64,000 nucleotides of DNA from NCBI GenBank assembly GCA_036499395.1, contig DASYDW010000116.1, positions 157,832 to 221,831 of the forward strand, given 5' to 3'. How positions within the stretch are numbered: position 1 is the stretch's first letter; each line of letters begins with the position of its first letter. The DNA is from Pirellulales bacterium (GTDB lineage: Bacteria; Planctomycetota; Planctomycetia; Pirellulales; JACPPG01). The notes beneath the pieces were generated by a model. That model did no database searches. It saw nothing but the letters and a program-made list of their open reading frames with translations, and was not told the DNA's origin. A program made the translations under genes and the position numbers. Below are positions 28,001 to 36,589 of the stretch, one piece after another.

Positions 28001-28881
28001 ACGTAATCGCGCAGGATCGGATTTAAGTAGGCGTCCATCACGGTTGTGTCACCGCGGGCAACAATCTTAACCAGCGGCGCCACGCGACTACTGGTGCTGA
28101 TTTCGGCAAAGCCTGCCTCGCGCGCCAACTCCGCGACCTGTTCTTCATGTGCAGCAATGCGATAGGCGTGCAGCAGGCAAATCGCCAACGAATCGATGCC
28201 ACGGCCGCGCAGCTCGCGGAACTGCTGCTTTACCAAATCGGGGTCTGGCGATCGCATTACCTCGCCGTCGACGGTCACACGCTCGTCGATTTCGACAACA
28301 TCTGCGAACAGAGGAACGCGTTTCTTGATCGCGACATCAAACAGTCTCGGCCGGTTTTGATAGCCGATCGCCAGAATGTCACCGAACCCACGGGTCGTCA
28401 CAAACGCCGTGCGCGCCCCGCGTCGCGTTATCAAGGCGTTGGTTCCCCGTGTGGTTCCCAAACGCACCACGACGTGAGGAATCTGGGAACTAAGCGACAG
28501 CCCCAGCAAGTAGCGTATCGCCACGATCGGCGCTTCCTCGCCCGAGGCGAGCTCGTACGCTTGCCCCGGAGTGGCATCCACGGGCAGCGGCGCGTCAAGT
28601 TTCAGACAGCCTGCATCGCTTTCGCGCACCCGACGTTCCGCCACCACGTCGCCCGTCGGGCTCAACAGCCGCAGCGTATAGCCGGCCCAAAAATTCGCCG
28701 GATCGACGGCGCGCAACGAATCGAAGATCTCTGTGCGCGACGAACCGTCCCCAGCCGATCCCTTCGTCACGCCCGAGCTCAACAACTTAAGGCGCGCAAG
28801 CGTGCCATCCGGACGCCGTGCAAAGCAATCGGTGAACGTACCACCAACGTCAATCCAGAATTCCCAAGCGCTTGATTGCAT
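25057..28881 (-). CDS. fused hydantoinase A/B family 5-oxoprolinase-like protein
   Basis: 1274 aa. N-terminal FWIDVGGTFTDC (HyuA-type), a central ATPase region and a C-terminal HyuB-type half (VTNDPYRGGSHLPD). Confidence 0.88.
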   Translation of the reverse strand: MQSSAWEFWIDVGGTFTDCFARRPDGTLARLKLLSSGVTKGSAGDGSSRTEIFDSLRAVDPANFWAGYTLRLLSPTGDVVAERRVRESDAGCLKLDAPLPVDATPGQAYELASGEEAPIVAIRYLLGLSLSSQIPHVVVRLGTTRGTNALITRRGARTAFVTTRGFGDILAIGYQNRPRLFDVAIKKRVPLFADVVEIDERVTVDGEVMRSPDPDLVKQQFRELRGRGIDSLAICLLHAYRIAAHEEQVAELAREAGFAEISTSSRVAPLVKIVARGDTTVMDAYLNPILRDYVGLLRGSLPSADLRIMTSAGGLVAAENFVGKDSILSGPAGGVVGFSRAAESAGFTQAIGFDMGGTSTDVSRFDGRFELEYETEKAGVRVVAPMMAIETVAAGGGSICAFDGAKLVVGPQSAGAAPGPACYGRGGPLTVTDVNFYLGKILPEHFPFPLDHAAVAARLKALIDEIERVAARRYTPIELCDGFLQVANANMVKAIQSISIAKGCDPREYVLVAFGGAAGQHACAVADELGMRQVLLHPDAGILSAYGIGAADVVRHAAQGVYDHYSEDRVQQLAATFAELVAGARDEVLAEGIAPDRVSVRRSLDLRYQGLDASLTIAEPRQGTYAEAYAAEHEKLYGYRSDGRVMEIVALRVEAVGHTVPPEEPSTHAPHRAAPAEREANVYFEAQQCHANVFDRARLQPGDQITGPAVVHEGMSTTIIDPGWQGEVLSRGELVLTRVARKKESERSEGDTDNRAIDCDPATLEVFNNRFAAIAEQMGITLRNTASSVNVKERLDFSCAVFTAAGDLVVNAPHIPVHLGAMGETVRCILADNPALRPRDVFVTNDPYRGGSHLPDVTVVTPLFDAAGTQLLFFTASRAHHAEIGGIVPGSMPPFSRNLAEEGVLVRNFKLVDAGESRLEEFGRLLSSGRYPTRKVADNLADVAAQVAANQQGARDLARLVERHSLPVVQAYMRYIQNAAEQKMRQALAKLPSGRHRFEDHLDDGSAIVATIDIAGDRATIDFTGTGPVLVGNLNANRAIVTAAVMYFLRSLIDEDIPLNQGVLAPVTIALPECLLNPTPGATPAVSPAVVGGNVETSQRVVDVLLGALQVAAASQGTMNNVLFGDSTFGYYETICGGAGATPEADGADAVHTHMTNTRLTDPEVLEQRYPVRLQEFSIRRGSGGAGQHRGGDGIVRRIEFLRRLEVSILSQRRGPYPPYGLAGGAPGQLGRNTLRRADGTHDELAAQVQFTAKPGDVLSIETPGGGGWGAKDG

Positions 28882-29025
28882 GGAGGCCGAGTGTGGCGGA
28901 AAACATGCCGCAAGGCAAACTCTTAATCAATCGTCCGCGTCGAAGACCTCGCCCCCAGAGGACACCTTCACTGTCGGGGAACCGCGGCGCGAGTCGATGA
29001 TCGCTTATGCGATCCCCTCACCCTG

Positions 29026-29046
29026 CCCTCTCCCGGAGGGAGAGGG
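29026..29046 (-). terminator. GC-rich hairpin just downstream of the dus-family gene (possible terminator/repeat)
   Basis: CCCTCTCCC-gga-GGGAGAGGG 9-bp stem, 12 nt beyond the stop at 29058. There is no U-run, so its function as an intrinsic terminator is uncertain. Confidence 0.35.
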
Positions 29047-29057
29047 ATATCTGTCGG

Positions 29058-30122
29058 CTATTCGGCGTCTTGCGTTTGCGGAAAGAAATCGTTGACCACG
29101 CCCGCGAAGTCGTCAGGCGTGGTAACGTGCGAGATGCGAGTGCGAAACTCGCGCGCGCCGGGCCGACCTTGGGCATAGCAACAGGCAAAGCGCCGCATCA
29201 GGATCGTGCCGCGTGCCTGGCCGAATCGCTCGCATACCAGCCTGTAGTGATAGAGGAGTAGCGTGCGTTCTTCGGCCAGCGTCGGGTCAGCGGGAATCGG
29301 TTCACCTCGTAATGCCGCCTGTGCCTGGCGGAACAACCACGGCTTCGATAGGGCAGCCCGCGCGATCATTACGCCGTCGACGTCGTAACGGGCCAAGGCT
29401 TCGACGACTTTCTGCGGCGAGTCGAGATCGCCGTTCCCGATCAGCGGAATGCGTTTCAGGTAAGGCTTGATTGACGAAATCCGGTCCCAGTCGGCCGAAC
29501 CTTTGAAGAAATCTTGCGCCGTGCGGCCATGCACCGTCAGCGCCGCGGCGCCGGCCCCTTCGATGACTTGTGCCACGTCGATGGCGTTGATGTTGTCGCG
29601 CGTGCAGCCCAAGCGGATCTTGGCCGTAACCGGCGTGGGGGCGCAGGCCTGAGAAACGCGCTCGACGATCGCACCGACACGGTCGGGGCATTTCAACAAG
29701 TAACTGCCGCTTTGCGCCGCGACCGTGACTTGCTTCACGGGGCAGCCGAAGTTGATATCGACAACGCTGACTTTGAACTCGTGCGCTAATCGCGCGCCGA
29801 CCGCGGCCAGCGTGCCTGGGTCGTTGTCCCAGATCTGCACCGCCAGCGGGCGGGCTTCATCTTTCACGCCCCACAATCGATCGGGGAATTCGCCGTCCCG
29901 TTCATCCTTCGCCAGAAAGCCGCGAGCACTAACCATCTCGGTCGCCTGCAGGCCGGCGCCGCCGAATTCGCGCACGATCTGCCGATACGCGTAATTAGTG
30001 AAGCCGGCCATCGGCGCCTGCAGCACCGGCGGATCGACGATCACGTTGCCGATCACGAGCGGCTTCGCGCGAGGGCGACGCTCGGCCGTTTCGCTGGCAA
30101 CATTCTCGGTGATCGTGGCCAT
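29058..30122 (-). CDS. tRNA-dihydrouridine synthase (Dus family, DusB-like)
   Basis: LQAPMAGFTNYAYRQI, DINFGCPV, TVHGRT and IGNGD motifs. Confidence 0.88.
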   Translation of the reverse strand: MATITENVASETAERRPRAKPLVIGNVIVDPPVLQAPMAGFTNYAYRQIVREFGGAGLQATEMVSARGFLAKDERDGEFPDRLWGVKDEARPLAVQIWDNDPGTLAAVGARLAHEFKVSVVDINFGCPVKQVTVAAQSGSYLLKCPDRVGAIVERVSQACAPTPVTAKIRLGCTRDNINAIDVAQVIEGAGAAALTVHGRTAQDFFKGSADWDRISSIKPYLKRIPLIGNGDLDSPQKVVEALARYDVDGVMIARAALSKPWLFRQAQAALRGEPIPADPTLAEERTLLLYHYRLVCERFGQARGTILMRRFACCYAQGRPGAREFRTRISHVTTPDDFAGVVNDFFPQTQDAE

Positions 30123-30209
30123 CAGTCTTTCAGACGCTTACGGTGAATTGCAGTCTAGCGAGCTACCTCGTAAGGCAGCGTGACACTCGATTGCTTTGGC
30201 GTACCGCGT

Positions 30210-32591
30210 TCAGTTGCCGACCGGCGTCGGCGTGGTGCTTACCAGGGCCCGAACCAACGACTCGCTCCCCGTGGCAGGTGGCAGCACAGCATTCGCGTAC
30301 GCGGCAATCTCGATATTGTAATCGGTGAGCCGGGCCAGAAACGTGCCCGTCTCGGCGGTTTGATCGCTGATGGCTTGCAGAGCCTGGCGCGTCTCGGCCA
30401 TGGAGAAGGTGGGATCCAGAGCCATGTTGCCCCGCGCGTCGTCGGCAGCGACGACCGCCGCGGCTCGATCGACCAGGGCAGCCCGCAATTGCGGAATCGT
30501 GGCGGCCAGGCGCTGGATCGTGGGAGATGTGGCCAGCTCACGCGGCAATTCGTTCAATTGCAGTCGGTATCCGCCAGCGTGCGGAGGTGTTTCCGCGATC
30601 AGCCAAGGACTGCCGGTCAGCGGGCGCCCCGCGGCCTGCGTCAGGCTCCACTGTGCCGTCAGTCGCTCGATCTGTGCATTGCGCGCGTCGGCCTGGGCGG
30701 CCAGTTGTGCGGCGCGCACCAACAACATGGCTTCGGCGCCGCCAGGACCTTGCAGCCCTTGACTGGCGATCGTCCCCCCGAGCGCTTCGAATTGCTCGAG
30801 CTGCTGCGCGAGCAATTGAGCGCGAGCCGCGTGAAACTGCGCCTGCCAATACGACGTGATCGCGTCACGTCGCCGCTCAGCGGGAACATTCACCAGGTAA
30901 TCAGCAAGCGGGATCGGCGCGCTTTCGGCCGTTACCGCGACAGGCTCCCAACACAAGACCAGCGCCAACTGCCGCGCCTGATCGGCGCTCGACCGATCGC
31001 GCAGCGCCGGGTAAAGGCATGGCGAAGCGTGTAGCTCAGCGGTCGTGATCGCTGCCGCCGGCGGTTCGGCCGCTGGAATATCAGCACTCGGCATCGTTGG
31101 CACACCGCGTTCCGCAACGGGCAGCGCAGAGGACTCGGCCAAAGGCGCCTCCGGCAGCATGTCGGCCGGCGCCGTCTGATTCTCGGGAATGCCGGTGGGA
31201 CGCTGTGCAGCGTACTTGCCGTAAGGAGGTTCTGCCTTTTCCGTCGATGTCGAACCGTAGGGGGCCTTTTCTTCGTCGCCACGTGGCAACGGGGGCAAGC
31301 GCTGCTCGCGCGGTGTTTGCTGCGGGGGACGCGGCGGAGCCAGCGTCGGCTCGTTGCGCACAGGCGCCGCGGGATTCACCGGCGGCGGAGCAAGATTCAG
31401 TTGCCCCTCGGGCACTGGCTGCAAAGGCATCTGTTGCGGCGCGGCAATCGGCTGATTGAAGCCGGCCCGTTCGATGCCGGTCGCTCCCGCCGGATTCGTC
31501 ATCGTACCGCCGGCAACCGTGCCAGTCGGAACACCCGCGGGAAGCTTGATCAACATCGAGGCCAGCCCTTGTGGGTCCAAGGGGGGCGTCGGAGCGGACA
31601 TCGCGTATTCGGCGATTTCGAGATTGTAAGTGCGGACATCGGCCATAAAAGCACGGCGCTGACGCGACAGCTCATCGACCAGCGATAAAACGAGAGCCAA
31701 GTCGCTGCGCCCCTCAAAATGCGATTCCTCGGCGGCCATTAAGGCATCGCCGGCGGCGTTGACCGCGGCGGCACGCGATTCGATCGCGCTACGGCGGATC
31801 GGCAGTGTTCGATCAATCAACACGGCCCGCGGCGGAATCGCGCGGCCTTGATATAGATTGTCCAACTCCGTGCGATACGGTCCTACGTGCGGAATGTCCG
31901 ACGGCAACGGCAGCGTTTGCCCCGTCGGCAAACGAATCGAGCCGGCCAGGTCATATTGTCCAGAGACCAGCGCAACGTCGGCATCTTGCAGTCTCGCCTT
32001 AGCGGCCTGCAGCCGAGGCGCCAGCATGCGCTGGTCGGTGCTCGGCTCATTGTCAGGGTGTTGGGCCGGCTTCAATCGCTCGAACTGTTGATACTCATCC
32101 CAAGCAAAGTTGTAGTCGGCCAGCGCCTCGGCCAGACGCCAATAGCTTTCCGTCGCGCGCAATTGCCCGGCGCGATCCGGGACCAAACGCAGGACCTCGA
32201 CCAGCGGCATCGGGCGGCCGCGCGGTTGTTCCCCCTCGGGCACGGCCAAGGCCTGACTGAGAATCTCGGCCGACGCGGTGCGTGCCGAACGCGGTTCGAC
32301 GGGCACCAGCTTGCCAGGCGCCGCGGACGGCGGCGGCGCAGCAGCAGGAGCTTCCTTGCGCGCCGGCGGAATTTCGGCCGGGACGGGCGGAGGCGGTGGA
32401 TCAGTTTCGGCAGGAGGAATGACGCCCGCCTGCGGCGCGGCCGGGGCCTCGCCGGCCGGCGCCGTGGTACTTTGCCCACGCTCGCGCTGGCCATGCACGC
32501 CCTGTTGCCCCGCGCGCGGTGCGGCCGGCGGCTGGGCGGCCGGCGGCAATTGCGCGAGCAAGCTACAGATTAAAAAGTGAGTCGTGTACAT
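30210..32591 (-). CDS. exported proline-rich protein with internal two-fold duplication (possible distant TolC/OEP-like)
   Basis: ATG 32591 gives MYTTHFLICSLLAQ. There is a ~110-aa P/A-rich linker. Two homologous halves share ordered motifs (SYW..., LE/QFE.L, TYNLEIAEYA / DYNIEIAAYA). The family assignment is speculative. Confidence 0.6.
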   Translation of the reverse strand: MYTTHFLICSLLAQLPPAAQPPAAPRAGQQGVHGQRERGQSTTAPAGEAPAAPQAGVIPPAETDPPPPPVPAEIPPARKEAPAAAPPPSAAPGKLVPVEPRSARTASAEILSQALAVPEGEQPRGRPMPLVEVLRLVPDRAGQLRATESYWRLAEALADYNFAWDEYQQFERLKPAQHPDNEPSTDQRMLAPRLQAAKARLQDADVALVSGQYDLAGSIRLPTGQTLPLPSDIPHVGPYRTELDNLYQGRAIPPRAVLIDRTLPIRRSAIESRAAAVNAAGDALMAAEESHFEGRSDLALVLSLVDELSRQRRAFMADVRTYNLEIAEYAMSAPTPPLDPQGLASMLIKLPAGVPTGTVAGGTMTNPAGATGIERAGFNQPIAAPQQMPLQPVPEGQLNLAPPPVNPAAPVRNEPTLAPPRPPQQTPREQRLPPLPRGDEEKAPYGSTSTEKAEPPYGKYAAQRPTGIPENQTAPADMLPEAPLAESSALPVAERGVPTMPSADIPAAEPPAAAITTAELHASPCLYPALRDRSSADQARQLALVLCWEPVAVTAESAPIPLADYLVNVPAERRRDAITSYWQAQFHAARAQLLAQQLEQFEALGGTIASQGLQGPGGAEAMLLVRAAQLAAQADARNAQIERLTAQWSLTQAAGRPLTGSPWLIAETPPHAGGYRLQLNELPRELATSPTIQRLAATIPQLRAALVDRAAAVVAADDARGNMALDPTFSMAETRQALQAISDQTAETGTFLARLTDYNIEIAAYANAVLPPATGSESLVRALVSTTPTPVGN

Positions 32592-32987
32592 CTCGGCATC
32601 CTTCCGGACGTTGACAGCCCGATAGCAAATCCCGAAACAACGGACCGTCACCTACTTGTGATAGGACGCGAAGTTTCGGCTGGCGCGCGGAATTGCGCAG
32701 CGCAGCCCCCCGCGCCTCGCAAAACTGTGGTTCAGCGTGACCGGTTCCTGCCAAAGCGTCAACAGGGACGATTCGGGCAGGCCTCTTTTCCACCAACGAG
32801 TGACGGTCTAACCCGTGGCCAATGCGGTGCAAGTGCCGGTTAACTTTGCCTAATCCACCGGAACGATTGTTCGTGCCATCATGTTACCGCGTGGTTGACG
32901 CCCGCGCGCCGGGCTTGTGAGAATGTGCAGGCATCCCGGCCACGTCAGGCAGTTGCAGCACAAGGCGCTTCAGCATTCCGTCCGCCT

Positions 32988-33545
32988 ATGAATTCCAAGA
33001 CCAACGGCCAATCGCCGAACGGGCAGCAGCCGCACCCAAAGCCGGTGCGCGCCTCGGCCATGGTGCTTGGTGCGGCGTGCGGCATCGGCATAGTGCTGGC
33101 GATCATCGTCGTGACCCTCGTCCTCAAGCGCGGACCGTCCGTGCCTGAAATTACCCGTGCCGATCTGGACGTGGCCGAGCAGAAGTGGAAAGCCAACGGA
33201 CCGGCCGGGTACGACATGGATATCACGATCGGCGGACGGCAGCCGGGCGTGGTACACATCGAGGTCCGCGCCGGCACGGTCACAAAAATGACGCGAGACG
33301 GGGTCACCCCCTCGCAATCGCGTACTTGGGAATATTGGACCGTGCCGGAACAGTTCGAAACAATCCGCCAGGATTTCGATTCCTCCGAAACCGCCGGAGG
33401 CTTTGGCGCGGCCCCCGGCTCGCAGACCATACTCAAGGCCGAGTTCGATTCGCACTACGGCTATCCGCGGCGCTATCAGCGCTTCGTATTGGGCACCGAT
33501 CTGGCCGTCGAGTGGGACGTGACGCATTTCGCGCCCGTCGAGTGA
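32988..33545 (+). CDS. membrane-anchored small protein, unknown function
   Basis: ATG 32988 (MNSKTNGQ...). Single TM helix AMVLGAACGIGIVLAIIVVTLVL followed by a ~130-aa soluble domain ending in HYGYPRRYQRF. Confidence 0.6.
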   Translation: MNSKTNGQSPNGQQPHPKPVRASAMVLGAACGIGIVLAIIVVTLVLKRGPSVPEITRADLDVAEQKWKANGPAGYDMDITIGGRQPGVVHIEVRAGTVTKMTRDGVTPSQSRTWEYWTVPEQFETIRQDFDSSETAGGFGAAPGSQTILKAEFDSHYGYPRRYQRFVLGTDLAVEWDVTHFAPVE

Positions 33546-33607
33546 ACGAGCAAATTGTCATCGATCCGCTAACACTAATCCATAAACACATTCAGAAATT
33601 GCCTGGC

Positions 33608-34426
33608 ATGACGAATTGGTCCGGAAAAGTGGTGATCGTCACCGGTGGCTCAAGCGGACTGGGGCGCGCCATCGCTGCTGCGTTCGCCGAGCGTGGGGCC
33701 AATGTCGTGATCGCGGCGCGCGGCGCCGATGCATTGCAGCGCACCGCCGCGGAACTCAGCCAAGCGGGCCGTGCGGTGACTGCGATTCCGACCGACGTGA
33801 CGCGGCAGGTATCGGTCGATGCGCTGATCGCGCAAACGATCGCCAGATTTGGCCGCATCGATGTGCTGGTGAACAACGCCGGACGATCGAGCCGGCGGGC
33901 TGTGCTCGACACCACGCCCGAGGATTTCGCCGCGCTCGTGGAAATCAATCTGCTGGGTCTGGTGCGCATGACGCGGGCCGCGGCGCCCCATCTGCTAACA
34001 GCCCACGGACACGTGGTGAATATCGGCTCGCTGGCTGGCAAGTCCGCGACCCGATTCATGGGGGCCTACCCGGCCAGCAAGTTCGCCGTCTCGGCCTATT
34101 CGCAGCAGTTGCGATTGGAGCTCGAGCCGCAGGGCTTGCATGTGTTATTGGTCTGCCCGGGCCCGATCGCGCGGGACGAACCGCGTGCGGCTGACAGTGA
34201 GCGCGCCCAAGAAGACACGAGCGGCATTCCCGAAAGCGCCCGCAAGCCAGGCGCGGGGGCGAAAGTAAAACTCCTTCAGCCAGAAGACCTGGCCGCACGC
34301 ATCGTCCAAGCCTGCGACGCGCGACAACCAGAACTGGTCATCCCAGGCAAGGCGCGAATCCTCTTCGCCATCGCCGCCCTCTCACCGCGCTGGGGCGATT
34401 GGCTGGTGCGACGGATGACGAGTTAG
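33608..34426 (+). CDS. SDR family oxidoreductase
   Basis: VVIVTGGSSGLGRAIA (TGxxxGxG), NNAG and YPASKFA (YxxxK). The ATG at 33608 is in frame with the longer shadow ORF from 33185. Confidence 0.88.
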   Translation: MTNWSGKVVIVTGGSSGLGRAIAAAFAERGANVVIAARGADALQRTAAELSQAGRAVTAIPTDVTRQVSVDALIAQTIARFGRIDVLVNNAGRSSRRAVLDTTPEDFAALVEINLLGLVRMTRAAAPHLLTAHGHVVNIGSLAGKSATRFMGAYPASKFAVSAYSQQLRLELEPQGLHVLLVCPGPIARDEPRAADSERAQEDTSGIPESARKPGAGAKVKLLQPEDLAARIVQACDARQPELVIPGKARILFAIAALSPRWGDWLVRRMTS

Positions 34427-34559
34427 ATGCAGCAGTTCTAGACGTTGAATTTGAGGACTGTTCTTTTGAGACTTCGGGAGCGTGTTTAGACTACGACGCA
34501 GGTTCGGTCCGACTCCAAACATAGTACCTCTCACGACTGAGGTCTTTCCGGTTCCGGCT

Positions 34560-35606
34560 CTACTCGGGATCTGGATTGGTAGTTATCCAATTGTCGACTT
34601 CGGTCATCATCGTAGTTGCACTCGTAATGGACGCTCCGGTGAGATCCGCAGCGATTGCGCCGGATAACTCAATTTCTGCACCGACCTGCATTTCGCCCCA
34701 AGAGTCAAAGCCTTTCATCCGCTCTTTGAATGCGTCGTCAACAAAACCACTCCGGTGAACGAGCGCATTTCGGACGGCGTGCAGTATATCCAAGCCGCGG
34801 TTGTCAATCGCGCCCATTACGGCATCGCCTCTGAAAATCGATCGATACGCGGATCTAATGTCGTCGAGAGTCTTAAACGACACCTTTCTACTTTCGACTA
34901 GCACGTTCCCCATAGTACGCCGAAGATCGAAATGATGCTTCATAAGGAGGCGGAACGGCAACCATTTAGAAGCCTCTTCCTTGCCGCTTGGTGCCATTCG
35001 TTTCACGAGTTCACGCGGGCACTCATTGACGGCTACAATCCAGAGATCTCCAACCAGCGTCTCAAATGCTGTCCAACTGCCGATGATTTGAGCCGCAAGA
35101 AGCGCGTGCAATGCGTCTGAAATTGCCGAGGTGCTGAACTGTGAAATCATCGCCGAAATTTGCGGATGCATACTCTCGAATCCGACAGTCGCCTTATCAA
35201 CTGACTCTTGAATAGGAAGAAAATCGAGCAGTTCCCTGAACGTACCGACGTTTTCGAGCCGTTCCTGTAGCGCTGACTGCAGAATGGCATTAGTCTCTGG
35301 AGTATTTGGATTGGTCGATACTGCTTCGATGAGCCCCGGAACTTTTGAAAGCGACTTAATGAGTTGAAAAAACGCGATACCAGCAATTCCTGATGCCAAG
35401 CTGACGCGTCCGGGAAATTTAGCCATCGTACGAAGGCGATTGACGTTTCGCTCAAATGCCTCAGCAACTGGACGCAGTGACACGTTCCGCAACCCGCCGG
35501 CTAACCCTACATAGTCGGTTGCGAACGAGGCGGCTTTCTCGAATTGGCGGTCGGAACTTCTACTTTCGACGTTGCCCGCTTCAATCGTTTCGGCTTCTAT
35601 GGTCAT
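34560..35606 (-). CDS. HEPN-motif protein (candidate Abi-type RNase), otherwise unknown
   Basis: 348 aa, all-helical in character. R279-N-A-L-V-H284 (nt 34755-34772) matches the HEPN Rx4-6H signature. GAGAGAGGG lies upstream of the ATG. G+C is ~48-50% in hand-counted lines versus 75% in the adjacent SDR gene. Confidence 0.55.
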   Translation of the reverse strand: MTIEAETIEAGNVESRSSDRQFEKAASFATDYVGLAGGLRNVSLRPVAEAFERNVNRLRTMAKFPGRVSLASGIAGIAFFQLIKSLSKVPGLIEAVSTNPNTPETNAILQSALQERLENVGTFRELLDFLPIQESVDKATVGFESMHPQISAMISQFSTSAISDALHALLAAQIIGSWTAFETLVGDLWIVAVNECPRELVKRMAPSGKEEASKWLPFRLLMKHHFDLRRTMGNVLVESRKVSFKTLDDIRSAYRSIFRGDAVMGAIDNRGLDILHAVRNALVHRSGFVDDAFKERMKGFDSWGEMQVGAEIELSGAIAADLTGASITSATTMMTEVDNWITTNPDPE

Positions 35607-35839
35607 AGTGGCCCTCTCTCACCATGTAGATCATCGCCTAGCCCGAGCAGTTGACTGCCGGGTCGCCAATTCTTCCGAAATGACAAAGGTTCCGGAAAGT
35701 GCGGTCAAGGCGAAGTGAAGACCGCCCCTTCACGTGAGTTCGCCGCGCGAGCTCTTGGCGATGGCGCCAGTAAGGCATTCCACCGCGCAGGGCGGTGTCT
35801 CAAGTTTCCGTGCGACAGACTGTTTGACGGCCGTCGAGA

Positions 35840-36127
35840 TTACTCAATCGGCGTCGAAACATGCCCTTGGCGATCGACCTTCGGTAGCACCTTGGGCTGG
35901 TAGATTTCGGTGTAGGCCTTGGCCTTGCGGTGCAGGTCCAATGCTTCGGTTGATTCCCAGCGCTCGACGAGCAGGAATTTCGTTTCGTCGACGGTCGAGT
36001 GATACACCTCGAAGCGGGCGCAGCCGGGCTCGGCGCGGGATAGCCGCCCCTGCTCGCGCAACAGCTCGCGAATCTCGGGGACGTCTTTGGCGTCTTTGAC
36101 GGTAATCCAGATGTTGGCATAGATCAT
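35840..36127 (-). CDS. antibiotic-biosynthesis-monooxygenase (ABM, YgiN-like) domain protein
   Basis: 95 aa. The pattern IWITVKD....F....L...SRAEPGC..FEVY......F.LVERWES.EALD.H matches the ABM/quinol monooxygenase family. Confidence 0.8.
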   Translation of the reverse strand: MIYANIWITVKDAKDVPEIRELLREQGRLSRAEPGCARFEVYHSTVDETKFLLVERWESTEALDLHRKAKAYTEIYQPKVLPKVDRQGHVSTPIE

Positions 36128-36253
36128 CGGTCGAGGCTCCCGGTCCTGACGAGGTTGATGCGGTGCACGGTTCGTTGCTCGCCCGCGATGGCAAGCTGGT
36201 TAGCCGATAAGGTTTGGACGATCAAAGAATTGATTGAGTGGGCGGCCGGGGCA

Positions 36254-36412
36254 TCAGTCTGAATTGCGGCGGGGCTCGGGCCGCGCCAATCCAAATATGC
36301 AGATGATGATGCCAAGCAGGACAACGAACCAACCCATAACGTGTTCCGCGTGCGGCGAGCAAAGAATTACCCCTCCCGCCAATGTCATGAAAGCTCCAGT
36401 TAGTGCTCGCAT
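36254..36412 (-). CDS. possible small two-TM membrane peptide
   Basis: MRALTGAFMTLAGGVILC...VMGWFVVLLGIIICIFGL. GGGAGGGG lies 7 nt upstream of ATG 36412. There is no homology evidence, so this could be spurious. Confidence 0.3.
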   Translation of the reverse strand: MRALTGAFMTLAGGVILCSPHAEHVMGWFVVLLGIIICIFGLARPEPRRNSD

Positions 36413-36589
36413 CGCTGCGCCCCTCCCATATATTGGAGATACCATTCGCCATGATACTCCGTCGAGATTTATTTTTCCCCACTGCTTAAGGTGACCAGCA
36501 CCGGAATTTTGCGTTCTGAATCAGCGGCCGGCACAATACCAAATATGGCAGACGGCCCAGGCAACGCGCACCCGGCAGAGGAAGGTCCG

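Noticed and set aside
34427-35839. I searched the flanks of the HEPN island, and of the Abi-alpha island at 16575-17750, for direct repeats, tRNA fragments or integrase remnants that would define a mobile element.
   Set aside because: Only trivial matches (e.g. TTCCGG) were found and no recombinase ORF. Horizontal origin therefore rests on composition alone, and I do not call a mobile element.
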